The translations under genes and the position numbers were made by a program. The notes beneath the pieces are model-generated. The model saw only the letters and a program-made list of their open reading frames with translations, was not told the DNA's origin and did no database searches. 64,000 nt of DNA. Origin: Candidatus Spongiisociaceae bacterium. GTDB lineage: Bacteria; Actinomycetota; Acidimicrobiia; Spongiisociales; Spongiisociaceae. Every line of letters starts with the position of its first letter. Position 1 is the stretch's first letter. The stretch is from NCBI GenBank assembly GCA_965219685.1, contig CBDCOH010000002.1, positions 288,001-352,000 on the forward strand, read 5' to 3'. Positions 30,444-40,423 of this stretch are shown piece by piece.

Positions 30444-31495
30444 GCGCCCTGGGCAGGCTCTACCGGGCGGAGACATCCTTCGGGTTCGTCGGCCAGGCGC
30501 GCAGGTGGTTCATCGTCTCGGGAGTGGCCCTGCTGCTGTGCCTGGGAAGCCTGGCGATCCGCGGCTTCAACCTCAGCCTCGACTTCACCGGAGGAACCTC
30601 CATCACCGTGCCCAATCCGGCGGGCGCCGGGGTGGGCGAGGTGCGGTCGGTCCTCGGCTCGTTGGGAGGTACGGCCCGCGTCCAGCTCATCGACGACGGC
30701 GCCGCGGTCCGGGTGCAGACCGAGGCGGTCGATCTGGAGACCGAGCGCGAAATGGTCCGCACCCTCGTATCGGTTACCGGGAGCGAGATCGAACTCACCG
30801 ACGTGGAGTCGGTCGGACCCACCTTCGGTCGCCAGATAGCCCGCCGAGCCTTGCAGGCGCTGGGTGTGTTCCTCGGCGTGGTGGTCGTGTTCATCAGCAT
30901 CCGCTTCGAGTGGAAGATGGCGGTCGGGGCCATCGCGGCGCTCATTCACGACCTGATCCTGACGGCCGGCGCGTACTCCCTGCTCGGGTTCGAGGTTACC
31001 CCTGCCACCGTGGTGGCGGTCCTGACCATCCTCGGCTACTCCCTGTACGACACGGTGGTCGTGTACGACAAGATCAGGGAGAACATCGCCGAGGACCAGG
31101 AACGGCGCACCTATTCGGCGCTCGTGGACCGTTCGATGAACCAGGTGTTGATGCGTTCTATCAACACGTCCCTCACCAGCCTGCTGCCTGTGGGGTCCCT
31201 CCTGTTCATCGGTTCGGCCCTCCTCGGCGCCGGGACGCTGCGGGAGTTCGCGCTGGCGCTTTTCGTGGGTATCGGAGCGGGGACCTACTCCTCGATCTTC
31301 ATCGCCGCGCCGCTTCTGGCCCTCTGGAAGGAAAGGGAGACCGAGTGGTCCCGGCGGCGCTACCGCTCCGAGAGGAAAGCGGCCCGCCGGACGGTTTCCG
31401 GTCCCGAGCGCGCCACACCCGGTCCCCGCCCGGGACGGCTCAGTTCACGTGGTCAGCGGGCCACAGGTGGACGGGCCCGGAAACGCAAGCGGTGA
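30440..31495 (+). CDS. secF: Protein translocase subunit SecF
   Basis: SLDFTGG, VGPTFG, HDLILT, GYSLYDTVVVYDKIREN, RSINTS. Confidence 0.95.
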   Translation: MSALGRLYRAETSFGFVGQARRWFIVSGVALLLCLGSLAIRGFNLSLDFTGGTSITVPNPAGAGVGEVRSVLGSLGGTARVQLIDDGAAVRVQTEAVDLETEREMVRTLVSVTGSEIELTDVESVGPTFGRQIARRALQALGVFLGVVVVFISIRFEWKMAVGAIAALIHDLILTAGAYSLLGFEVTPATVVAVLTILGYSLYDTVVVYDKIRENIAEDQERRTYSALVDRSMNQVLMRSINTSLTSLLPVGSLLFIGSALLGAGTLREFALALFVGIGAGTYSSIFIAAPLLALWKERETEWSRRRYRSERKAARRTVSGPERATPGPRPGRLSSRGQRATGGRARKRKR

Positions 31496-31550
31496 CCCGC
31501 CGGCACGAGCAGCACCGGCCCCCGAGCCCCGCACCCGGTAGGATGGCCCC

Positions 31551-32075
31551 ATGAGTCCGGCGCAGTTGAGCGCCCTGATCCGGGACATTCCCGGATTCCC
31601 CACCCCGGAGGTGGTGTTCAAGGACATCACCCCGCTACTGGCCGATGCCGCGGCCCTGCAAGCCGCGGTGGAGTTGATCGCGGCGCCTTACAGGGCGGCG
31701 GGCGTGACCACCGTGGCCGGGATCGAGGCAAGGGGATTCGTGCTGGCTCCGCCGGTTGCTCTGGAACTCGGGGCGGGGTTCGTCCCTCTCCGCAAGCAGG
31801 GCAAGCTCCCGTATCGCACGCGGCGGGACGTGTACGACCTGGAGTACGGAACCGATGTCCTCGAGATCCATGAGGACGCAGTCGGCCCGGACGACCATGT
31901 GCTCGTCGTGGACGACGTGATCGCCACCGGCGGGACGGCCGGCGCCGCGGTCCGCCTCATCCGGGGACTGGGCGCGGACCTGGTCGCGGTCGCCGTGCTG
32001 ATCGAGTTGGCCTTCCTCAACGGGCGGGAGTCACTCGACGATGTCGACCTCCACGCCGTCGTCACCTATGCCTGA
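31551..32075 (+). CDS. apt: Adenine phosphoribosyltransferase
   Basis: FKDITPLL, GIEARGF, YDLEYG, VVDDVIATGGT. Confidence 0.95.
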   Translation: MSPAQLSALIRDIPGFPTPEVVFKDITPLLADAAALQAAVELIAAPYRAAGVTTVAGIEARGFVLAPPVALELGAGFVPLRKQGKLPYRTRRDVYDLEYGTDVLEIHEDAVGPDDHVLVVDDVIATGGTAGAAVRLIRGLGADLVAVAVLIELAFLNGRESLDDVDLHAVVTYA

Positions 32076-34260
32076 CGCCGAGGTAGCCCGCCGGCACCGC
32101 GACGCCGCTCAGGCTGAATTCGAACCGATCCTCACCGCCATGCGGCGGCACTTCCCCGACGGGAACGAGGACATCGTCGTCCATGCCTACGACGTGGCTC
32201 AGCGGACCCACTCGGGCCAGTTCCGCCTCTCCGGCGATCCGTTCATCACCCACCCGATCGCGGTGGCCCTCATCCTCGCCGAGTACGGGCTCGATCCCGA
32301 GACCATCGCGGCCGCGCTCCTGCACGACACGGTCGAGGACACCGATCTCACGCTGGAGGAGGTCGAGGAGGCTTTCGGGCCCAACGTGGCCCGCATAACG
32401 GACGGGGTGACCAAGCTGGACCGGGTCAAGTTCGACATCTCCCGTGAGGAGGCCCAGGCGGCCACGATCCGCAAGATGGTGGTGTCGATGGCCCAGGACG
32501 TGCGGGTCCTGATAATCAAGCTCGTCGACCGGTTGCACAATCTCCAGACCATCCACCCTCTCCCCGTCGAACGCCAGAAGGTGAAGGCACGCGAGAGCCT
32601 CGAGATATACGCACCGCTGGCGCACCGCATGGGCTTCCAGGAGATCAAGCACGAGATGGAGAACCGCTCCTTCGCCATCCTGTATCCGGCTCGCTACCAG
32701 GAGATCGAGGAGTTGATCCAGCAGCGGGCGCCCGAACGGGAAGTGGTGATCGAGAAGGTCATGACTGAGATCGAGGGCATCATGGCCGGGGTCGGGATCC
32801 CCACCGTCCTCGAGGGTCGACCCAAGCACCACTACTCGATATACCGCAAGATGGTCGACAGCCGGCTGTCGTTCGAGGAGATACACGATCTCATCGGGGT
32901 CAGGATCAAGGTGAACGAGGTCAAGGACTGCTACGCGGCGCTCGGGCTCGTCCATTCCCGCTGGACGCCGGTACAGGGGAGGTTCAAGGACTACATAGCG
33001 GTGCCCAAGTTCAACCTCTACCAGAGCCTTCATACGACGGTGATCGGTCCGGACGGGAAGCCGCTCGAGGTCCAGATCCGGACCCACGAGATGCACGACC
33101 GGGCCGAATTCGGCATCGCCGCCCACTGGAGGTACAAGGAGGGGGCATCGGGCGCCGACCTCGCGTGGATGGCCGATATCCGCAGGCTCCAGGAGGACTA
33201 CGACGAGCCGGCCGAGTTCCTCGACAACTTGAAGCTCGACCTCTACGAAGACCTGGTGTTCGTGCTCACCCCCCGGGGCGACGTCCGCACCCTCCCCCGG
33301 GGCGCGACCCCGGTGGACTTCGCCTATTCGATCCACACCGAGGTCGGGCACCGGTGCGCGGGCGCCAGGGTCAACGGTCGCCTGGTGGCGCTCTCGACGG
33401 AACTGGCGTCGGGGGACATCGTCGAGATAATCACCACCAAGTCGGACGACTCCGGCCCCACCCGCGACTGGCTCGGGTTCGTCCGGACCTCGAGGGCCCG
33501 TGGGAAGATCAAGCAGTGGTTCACCCGGGCGCGCCGGGAGCTCTCCCTCCAGTCGGGGAAGGACAGGGTCGCCGACCTGATCCGGAGGGAACGTATCCGC
33601 ATGCCGGACGACACCCGTGGCAACGTCCTCGACGAGGTGGCGCTCGCCCTCGGGTACCGCGACATCGAGGCCGTGTACATAGCGGTCGGCGACGGCAACG
33701 TTTCGCCGCAGACGGTGACCAACCGGATCAAGCGGCTGCTGGAAGTACCGGTTGTAGGCGAAGACCTGGAACTCCAGGACACGGTGCGCCGGCGGGCCGA
33801 CCGTCCGGCCGGCGAGGGCGTGATCGTCGAGGGATTCGACGACGTGTGGGTCCGCATCGCCCGCTGCTGCGGACCGGTGCCTGGGGACGACCTGGTGGGC
33901 TTCGTCACGGTCGGGCGGGGTGTCTCGGTCCACAGGGCCGACTGCAGCAACATCATGCGCCTCGGCGACCGGGCCGACCGGATGATCGAAGCGAGTTGGG
34001 CGCCGGGGCAGGTATCGAGCTTCAGCGTCTGGTTCCAGGTGGAGGCCCTCGACCGGCCCAACCTCCTCAGGGATGTGACCTCGGTGATCTCCGATGCGGG
34101 CGGAAACATCGTCGGCGCCTCGTCGAGGACCGACCGGGATCGGGTGGCGGTGCTCCGCTACGAGGTGGAGCTCTCGGACCCCGGGCAGTTGAACCGTGTC
34201 CTGGCCGCCATGCGTCGAGTGGACAACGTCTACGAGGCGTACCGCCTCGGGGCCCGCTGA
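32068..34260 (+). CDS. relA: Bifunctional (p)ppGpp synthetase/hydrolase Rel
   Basis: HD motif LHDTVED, RFKDY, YQSLHT, EVQIRT, TGS (TPVDFAYSIHT) and ACT domains. Confidence 0.97.
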   Translation: MPDAEVARRHRDAAQAEFEPILTAMRRHFPDGNEDIVVHAYDVAQRTHSGQFRLSGDPFITHPIAVALILAEYGLDPETIAAALLHDTVEDTDLTLEEVEEAFGPNVARITDGVTKLDRVKFDISREEAQAATIRKMVVSMAQDVRVLIIKLVDRLHNLQTIHPLPVERQKVKARESLEIYAPLAHRMGFQEIKHEMENRSFAILYPARYQEIEELIQQRAPEREVVIEKVMTEIEGIMAGVGIPTVLEGRPKHHYSIYRKMVDSRLSFEEIHDLIGVRIKVNEVKDCYAALGLVHSRWTPVQGRFKDYIAVPKFNLYQSLHTTVIGPDGKPLEVQIRTHEMHDRAEFGIAAHWRYKEGASGADLAWMADIRRLQEDYDEPAEFLDNLKLDLYEDLVFVLTPRGDVRTLPRGATPVDFAYSIHTEVGHRCAGARVNGRLVALSTELASGDIVEIITTKSDDSGPTRDWLGFVRTSRARGKIKQWFTRARRELSLQSGKDRVADLIRRERIRMPDDTRGNVLDEVALALGYRDIEAVYIAVGDGNVSPQTVTNRIKRLLEVPVVGEDLELQDTVRRRADRPAGEGVIVEGFDDVWVRIARCCGPVPGDDLVGFVTVGRGVSVHRADCSNIMRLGDRADRMIEASWAPGQVSSFSVWFQVEALDRPNLLRDVTSVISDAGGNIVGASSRTDRDRVAVLRYEVELSDPGQLNRVLAAMRRVDNVYEAYRLGAR

Positions 34261-34671
34261 CCCCGAACCAGTGAGCTTCGGGCGGGGATCGGTCCCGGCC
34301 CGGAACCTGTTCCCGTCCTCACCGCCGAACGAAGGGGTTGAAGCTGTCACACCGGAGCCGCATACTGGGACCGTTACCAAGCACCTGCGCAGTCCGGGAG
34401 CAGACGTCGGCCCGACTGCCGGAGGGAAAATTCGATATCGAGCGCGCCCACCGGCTCGGCCGGCCGAACGCGCTCCGGTCCCAGGCAAGGTGGTGGTGGG
34501 GGAGGGCCCGAAGGGAACAACCGCCGCGGCGATTTTCGCGGGTTTCCGGGTGGATGGCCCGGGGCGGACGCAGGGTGGGGATCGGGTCGATCATCCGGGC
34601 TCCCCATGTTGAGCCACCGCCGGGCATCCCGATACGCGGTCCGCGGCGGGACACCCTAACCTGCGGCCAGC

Positions 34672-35319
34672 ATGCTCATCGATCAGCTCGAACTATGGAT
34701 GGCGGCCACCAATACCTACGTGGTGGCGCCCGAAGCCGGCGGGCCCGCCGTGGTGGTGGACGCCCCGCCCGACCCGGAGGGCATCGTCTCGTTGTTGACC
34801 GCCCACCGCCTCACCCCGGTGGCGCTGCTGGTGACCCACGGACATGTCGACCATGTCGGAGGGGCCGGCGCCTTCGTCGCGCGCACCGGAGTGACCGCCT
34901 ACGTGCATCCGGACGACGACTACCTGACGCTTCACCCGGTGGAACAGTTGCGCCGGCTGTTCGGATTCGCGCCGCCCGGTGACTACGAGCCCCCCGAGCG
35001 CTACCGTTCGCTTGAGGACGGCCTGGCGCTCGAACTCGCCGGTCTGCGACTCGAAGTCCTGGGCACACCGGGCCACACCCCGGGGCACTGCTGCTTCTAC
35101 CTTGCGGAGGAAGGTATCTTGTTCTCCGGAGACCAGTTGTTCGCCGGGTCCATCGGGCGTACTGATCTCCCCGGAGGCGACTACGAGGTCCTGATGAGAA
35201 GCATGGCGGACAAGGTTCTACCCCTCGGCGACGACGTGAGGGTGCTGCCCGGCCACGGACCCTCAACGATGATCGGCTTGGAGCGGCGCACCAACCCCTT
35301 CCTGGTCGGCCTGCCATGA
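34672..35319 (+). CDS. MBL-fold metallo-hydrolase (glyoxalase II-like)
   Basis: THGHVDHVGG, TPGHTPG, FSGDQLFAGSIGRTD, PGHG. Confidence 0.92.
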   Translation: MLIDQLELWMAATNTYVVAPEAGGPAVVVDAPPDPEGIVSLLTAHRLTPVALLVTHGHVDHVGGAGAFVARTGVTAYVHPDDDYLTLHPVEQLRRLFGFAPPGDYEPPERYRSLEDGLALELAGLRLEVLGTPGHTPGHCCFYLAEEGILFSGDQLFAGSIGRTDLPGGDYEVLMRSMADKVLPLGDDVRVLPGHGPSTMIGLERRTNPFLVGLP

Positions 35320-36563
35320 GCTTCCGGACGCCGAAGGGCACCGACGACATCATGCCGCCCGAGTCGCGGATGTGGCGGAGCGTGCTGCGGGCGTGGGACA
35401 TCCTGGCCGAGCGGTACGGATACGCGTACGTGGCGACGCCGATCTTCGAGTCCACCGACCTGTTCGCCCGGGGTATGGGCGAGACCACGGAGGTAGTCGA
35501 GAAGCAGATGTACAACTTCCGCGACAAGGGAGGGAGACGGCTGACGCTCCGGCCCGAGATCACCGCCGGGGTGGTGAGGGCCTACATCCAGGCCGGGCGG
35601 TGGGGCGAGTTCAAAGGGGCGTATTCGGGACCCTGCTTCCGCTACGAGCGCCCCCAGGAGGGAAGGAGGCGGCAGTTCTGGCAGCTGGGGGTGGAGTACC
35701 TGGGTACGCCCGATGTCGAAGCCGACCTCGAGGTGATCGAACTCGGTTACCGGTACCTGCTCGACTGCGGTCTGGGGGACGTGGTCGTACAGGTCAACTC
35801 GATCGGGGATCCTCCCGACCGGCTCGCCTATCACTCGGTCCTGTCCGCATGGCTGGACGACCGGGCCGATCAGCTGTCGGGAGACGCCCGGCGGAGGATC
35901 CGCACCAACCCGCTCCGGGTGTTGGACTCCAAGGCGGACCGGGAGGTCGTGGCGGGCGCGCCGGTCCCGGTCGACCATCTGGGCGAGGCCGCGGCCTCCC
36001 ATCATGACGACTTGATCGAGGGACTGCAGGAGCGAGGGATCGCTTACGAGGAGGACCCGCGCCTGGTCCGGGGGCTGGACTACTACAACCGCACCGTGTT
36101 CGAGTACATCCCGCCCTCCTACCAGGCGGCCCAGAACGCGGTGGGAGGGGGTGGTCGCTACGACGGCCTGTCACGACTCCTCGGTGGACCCGACGTTCCC
36201 GGCGTCGGCCTGGCGCTCGGCCTCGACCGCATCCTGGCTGCGGTGGGAAGCCGCCCCCCGGCGCGGGCACTTGACGTGTTCCTGGTGGTGGCGGATCAGG
36301 AACGCCGCAGCTTGGCCCAGGCCTTCGCCCGCCGGCTCCGCTCCGCGGGTGTGCGGTGCGATCTGGTGGCCGGTCGGCGCTCCGTCAAGGCCCAGTTCCG
36401 GGCGGCCAACCGCCGTGACGCGGCCGCCGCGGTCGTGATCGGCAGCGAGTGGGACGCCGGACTGGTCACCGTCAAGGACCTGAGCTCGGGGGATGAGCGA
36501 ACCATGCCCGCGGGCGAGGTGGTCTCCTGGGTGAAAGGCGTTCCCGCAGGAGGTGACAGGTGA
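35316..36563 (+). CDS. hisS: Histidine--tRNA ligase
   Basis: LRPEITAG, FRYERPQEGRRRQFWQ, LVRGLDYY, GGGRYDGL. Confidence 0.97.
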   Translation: MSFRTPKGTDDIMPPESRMWRSVLRAWDILAERYGYAYVATPIFESTDLFARGMGETTEVVEKQMYNFRDKGGRRLTLRPEITAGVVRAYIQAGRWGEFKGAYSGPCFRYERPQEGRRRQFWQLGVEYLGTPDVEADLEVIELGYRYLLDCGLGDVVVQVNSIGDPPDRLAYHSVLSAWLDDRADQLSGDARRRIRTNPLRVLDSKADREVVAGAPVPVDHLGEAAASHHDDLIEGLQERGIAYEEDPRLVRGLDYYNRTVFEYIPPSYQAAQNAVGGGGRYDGLSRLLGGPDVPGVGLALGLDRILAAVGSRPPARALDVFLVVADQERRSLAQAFARRLRSAGVRCDLVAGRRSVKAQFRAANRRDAAAAVVIGSEWDAGLVTVKDLSSGDERTMPAGEVVSWVKGVPAGGDR

Positions 36564-38341
36564 CCGTCTACCGCTCTCATGCCGCAGGCGAGCTGCGCTC
36601 CGACCAGGCGGGTACGGATGTCAAACTGGCGGGATGGGTGGCCCGGGTCCGGAACCTCGGGGGCATCTCGTTCTTCGACCTCCGGGACGCGACCGGAGTG
36701 GTCCAGGTGGTGGTCGACCCGGCTTCGGTTCCCGCTGCCTCCGGGTTGCGGATGGAGTATTGCGTGGCGGTCGAGGGGACGGTCCGCCCCAGGCCCGAAG
36801 GGACCGAGAAGCCCGAGCTGGCAACCGGGGATATCGAGGTGGCGGCCGACCGTCTCGAGGTGTTGAGCGCCTCTGCGCCGCTCCCCTTCATGATCGATGA
36901 CCGTTCCGAAGCCGAGGAGCGGATCAGGCTCCGCCATCGGTACCTCGACCTGCGGCGTCCCCGGATGGCCGCCAACCTGCAGGCCCGCTCGTCGGCCATC
37001 CGGGCCATCCGTGAGACCCTCGACGGGATGGGATTCCTCGATGTGGAGACCCCCACCCTGGTGAATTCCACCCCTGAAGGGGCGCGGGACTTCCTCGTGC
37101 CGAGCCGGCTGCGCCCCGGCCACTTCTACGCCCTTCCTCAGAGCCCCCAGTTGTTCAAGCAGCTGCTGATGATCGCCGGCGTGGAGCGTTACTACCAGAT
37201 CGCCCGCTGCTACCGGGACGAGGACACACGCGCCGACCGCCAGGTGGAGTTCACCCAACTGGATCTCGAAGGCTCGTTCTGGGGCCGGGACGACGTCCTC
37301 GACGTCATCGAGCAGGTGGTGGTGGCGGTCGTGGAGCGGCTCCGCGGCGTCGAGGTCGCCCTCCCGTTGCCCCGGCTCACGTACCGGGAGGCAATGGCCC
37401 GGTACGGGACCGACAAGCCCGACCTGCGCTTCGGGATGGAGATCGCCGACCTCTCGGAGGTGTTCGCCGGTACCGGGTTCCGCGGGTTCGGCCAGGTCCT
37501 CGCATGCGGCGGGGTCGTACGGGGGATCAACGCAGCCGACCGGAAGGCTTCACGTGCGGAGCTGGACGGCCTCGTGGAGCGCGCCAAGAGCCTGGGTGCT
37601 GCAGGTCTGGTATGGGCGGTGGTACGGGACGACGGCGGGCTGCGGTCGCCGGTGGCCAAGTTCTTGAGCGCGAAGGAGAAGGCCGGGATGGTCCGGGCCC
37701 TTGAAGCCTCGCCGGGGGACGTTCTGCTACTGGTGGCAGACTCGGCGGAGGTTGCCTCGAAGGTGCTGGGGACGATCCGACTCGACCTGGGGAGCCCCGA
37801 GGATCACGAGTCGCTGTACTTTCTGTGGGTGGTGGACTTCCCTGTGTTCGAGCTCACCGAGCAGGGGGATCTGGCGCCATCCCACCACCCGTTCACCGCG
37901 CCGGTCTCGGTGGAGGAGATGCGCGAGCGACCCTCGCAGGCGGTGGCCCAGGCCTACGACCTGGTCCTGAACGGGTCGGAACTCGGATCGGGTTCGGTGA
38001 GGATCCACGACCCGGCGGTCCAGCGGGCGGTCTTCGAGATCCTCGGCATCTCCGAGGATGAGGCGGAGTCGAGGTTCGGCTGGTTCCTAGAGGCCCTCCG
38101 GTACGGAACTCCTCCCCATGCCGGCTTCGCCATCGGGATCGATCGCCTCGTCGCCATCCTCCAGAACGAGTCGAGCATCAGGGAGGTAATCCCGTTTCCC
38201 AAGACGCAGAGCGGCGGCGACCCGCTCACCACCGCTCCGACCCGCGTCGTCGACGCGCAGCTGGGCGAGTTGGGAATCGATCTGGCGGCCGAGACGAAGG
38301 CTGCGCTGAGCGACGGACCGGCCGCTCCTCCCCGGGCCTGA
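36560..38341 (+). CDS. aspS: Aspartate--tRNA ligase
   Basis: RYLDLR, TPEGARDFLVPSR, ALPQSPQLFKQ, EFTQLD, HHPFTAP, PHAGFAIGIDR. Confidence 0.97.
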   Translation: MTVYRSHAAGELRSDQAGTDVKLAGWVARVRNLGGISFFDLRDATGVVQVVVDPASVPAASGLRMEYCVAVEGTVRPRPEGTEKPELATGDIEVAADRLEVLSASAPLPFMIDDRSEAEERIRLRHRYLDLRRPRMAANLQARSSAIRAIRETLDGMGFLDVETPTLVNSTPEGARDFLVPSRLRPGHFYALPQSPQLFKQLLMIAGVERYYQIARCYRDEDTRADRQVEFTQLDLEGSFWGRDDVLDVIEQVVVAVVERLRGVEVALPLPRLTYREAMARYGTDKPDLRFGMEIADLSEVFAGTGFRGFGQVLACGGVVRGINAADRKASRAELDGLVERAKSLGAAGLVWAVVRDDGGLRSPVAKFLSAKEKAGMVRALEASPGDVLLLVADSAEVASKVLGTIRLDLGSPEDHESLYFLWVVDFPVFELTEQGDLAPSHHPFTAPVSVEEMRERPSQAVAQAYDLVLNGSELGSGSVRIHDPAVQRAVFEILGISEDEAESRFGWFLEALRYGTPPHAGFAIGIDRLVAILQNESSIREVIPFPKTQSGGDPLTTAPTRVVDAQLGELGIDLAAETKAALSDGPAAPPRA

Positions 38342-38369
38342 TGCTACTTCGGGCCGGTCACCGGCCACC

Positions 38370-39728
38370 ATGACCGATCTCTTCGCCTCGGTCAGGGAGG
38401 AACGCCGCCGGATGTCGGCGCCGCTCGCCGACCGGATGCGTCCGAGCACCCTCGACGAGGTAGTGGGGCAATCCGACCTGCTGGGCCGGGGAGCGGCATT
38501 CCGGACGATGGTGGAGCGCGGCCACCTCGTCTCGATCATCCTCTTCGGTCCGCCCGGCACGGGGAAGACCACCCTGGCCCGCCTCGTCGCGTCCGAGACC
38601 CGAGCCGCGTTCGAGCAACTCACCGCCAGCTCCCACGGCGTCAAGGATGTGCGCCGGGTGCTGGCCGGGGCGGAGCGGCGGCTGGAGACCGACGAGGGGC
38701 GGACGGTCCTGTTCCTCGACGAGATCCACCGCTTCAACAAGGCGCAGCAGGACGCGCTGCTCCCTGCGGTGGAGGACGGGACCGTCGTACTCGTCGGGGC
38801 CACCACCGAGAACCCCTTCTTCGAGGTGAACTCCCCTCTGATAAGCCGGTGCACTCTGTTCCGTCTGGAACCGCTGGCGGCCACCGAACTGCGAGACCTG
38901 CTGGAACGGGCTCTGGCCGATCCCGACCGGGGTCTGGGCTCAGCGGGGATGACGATCGACGAAGGCGCGGCGACGGCACTCGCCGAGCGAGCCGGGGGGG
39001 ATGCCAGGCTGGCGCTCAACACCCTGGAGGTCGCGTCCATCGTCGCCGCGGGGAAGAGCCGTTCCGAGATCACCTTTGACGACGTCGAGGAGGCCCTTCA
39101 GCGCCGGATCGTCCGCTACGACAAGAAGGGGGACCGCCACTACGACGTGATCTCCGCCTTCATCAAGTCGCTGCGAGGCTCCGATCCCGACGCGGCTCTC
39201 TACTGGCTGCACACCATGCTGGCTGCCGGGGAGGACCCGGAGTTCATCGCTCGCCGGATGGTGATCTTCGCCTCGGAGGACATCGGTCTGGCCGACCCGG
39301 AGGCCTTGGGCCAGGCGGTCGGGGCGGCTCAGGCGCTGGCGTTCGTAGGCCTGCCGGAAGCCGCCTACAACCTCTCCCAGGCCGCGGTGTACCTGGCCGC
39401 CGCACCCAAGTCCGACTCCGTCAAGGCGGCGATGGGCAAGGCCCGGCGCATCGTGGAGGAGACACCGGGTGCCACGGTTCCGCCCCACCTCCGCTCCACC
39501 GGGGGACGACTGGTCTCCTCGCTCGTCGACGGTCGCCGTCCCGGCTACCGGGATCCGCACGCAGGCCAGGTACACCTGGTGGCCCAGCAATACCTGCCCG
39601 AGGAGGCGCTCGGTCGTGTCATCTACAGCCCGACCAGGCAGGGAAGCGAAGCCGAAGTCGCCGACCGGCTGGACGAATGGGACCGCCTCCTCGGCCGCCC
39701 CCCTCGCCACACCGCACCGGAAGATTAG
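38370..39728 (+). CDS. rarA: Replication-associated recombination protein A (MgsA/RarA)
   Basis: PLADRMRP, GPPGTGKTT, DEIHRFNKAQQD, GATTENP, SAFIKSLRGSDPD. Confidence 0.95.
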   Translation: MTDLFASVREERRRMSAPLADRMRPSTLDEVVGQSDLLGRGAAFRTMVERGHLVSIILFGPPGTGKTTLARLVASETRAAFEQLTASSHGVKDVRRVLAGAERRLETDEGRTVLFLDEIHRFNKAQQDALLPAVEDGTVVLVGATTENPFFEVNSPLISRCTLFRLEPLAATELRDLLERALADPDRGLGSAGMTIDEGAATALAERAGGDARLALNTLEVASIVAAGKSRSEITFDDVEEALQRRIVRYDKKGDRHYDVISAFIKSLRGSDPDAALYWLHTMLAAGEDPEFIARRMVIFASEDIGLADPEALGQAVGAAQALAFVGLPEAAYNLSQAAVYLAAAPKSDSVKAAMGKARRIVEETPGATVPPHLRSTGGRLVSSLVDGRRPGYRDPHAGQVHLVAQQYLPEEALGRVIYSPTRQGSEAEVADRLDEWDRLLGRPPRHTAPED

Positions 39729-39757
39729 TCCCCAAGACCCTCCGATCGGGTAAGCAA

Positions 39758-39781
39758 GAGCATATGTGTTACCATATGCTC
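39758..39781. promoter_or_regulatory. Perfect inverted-repeat operator overlapping the -10 box of the mazEF-like operon
   Basis: GAGCATATG-tgttac-CATATGCTC; TACCAT at 39770-39775 lies 6 nt before ATG 39782. Confidence 0.75.
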
Positions 39782-40027
39782 ATGGCGCGCCGCGAGGTTC
39801 TAGTACAACTTGATGACAGCCTTGTGGACCAGTTGGACCTCCTGGCCAAGGCATCGGGTACGAATCGTTCCGAACTCCTCCGGCGCGGTGCTCGAGCAGT
39901 GATCGCAGCCGAGGAGGCAGCGGCTGCTGACCGGGAACTGGCCGATGCGTACCGGCGTCACCCCCTGGATCCGGCGCTCATTCGATCAGCGGCCCGACTC
40001 GCAGCCCGAACCGCGCCCGAGTGGTAG
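39782..40027 (+). CDS. CopG/RHH antitoxin (MazE-like)
   Basis: EVLVQLDDSLVDQLD...GTNRSELLRRG RHH; DRELADAYRRHP; abuts the toxin gene. Confidence 0.85.
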   Translation: MARREVLVQLDDSLVDQLDLLAKASGTNRSELLRRGARAVIAAEEAAAADRELADAYRRHPLDPALIRSAARLAARTAPEW

Positions 40028-40351
40028 GTGGTCTCGCGGACCGAGATCTACTGGGCCGATCTCGGTCCGCCCGCCGGAAGACGGCCAGTGTGCGTGGTAA
40101 CGCGCAACGCAGCCGCCGCCGTACTTACTTCTGTGACCTGCGCGCCGATTATCCGAACAGTGCGCGGTATTGGCTCTGAGGTCGAGGTGGGCCCCGAAGA
40201 AGGATTGCCGGAACCTTGCGCCATCAACTGCGACAGTCTCATCACCGTTCCTATCTCGCATCTCGATCCCCGCCCGGTGGGACGGCTCGGGGAGTTCAAG
40301 AGAGCTGAGATGGACCGGGCCCTTCGCTACGCGCTCGACATCCTCTACTGA
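40028..40351 (+). CDS. mazF: PemK/MazF family endoribonuclease toxin
   Basis: RTEIYWADLG, RRPVCVVTRN, EVEVGPEEGL, INCDSLITV. Confidence 0.9.
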   Translation: MVSRTEIYWADLGPPAGRRPVCVVTRNAAAAVLTSVTCAPIIRTVRGIGSEVEVGPEEGLPEPCAINCDSLITVPISHLDPRPVGRLGEFKRAEMDRALRYALDILY

Positions 40352-40423
40352 GCGTTGTGCCAGGGAACGATTCACTGCCTGCTGCCCGCTGTCCATCGCC
40401 CAATCCTTGGCCGCGAGTTGCCG

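Noticed and set aside
32062-34488. 808-aa minus-strand ORF, and similar long antisense ORFs over secD, alaS, aroC and carB
   Set aside because: Shadow frames of high-GC genes; no motifs, and each fully overlaps a well-supported + strand gene.
36620-36830. Calling AspS discriminating or non-discriminating
   Set aside because: Signature positions are mixed (RNLGG has Leu, RPEG has Gly); not decidable by eye.
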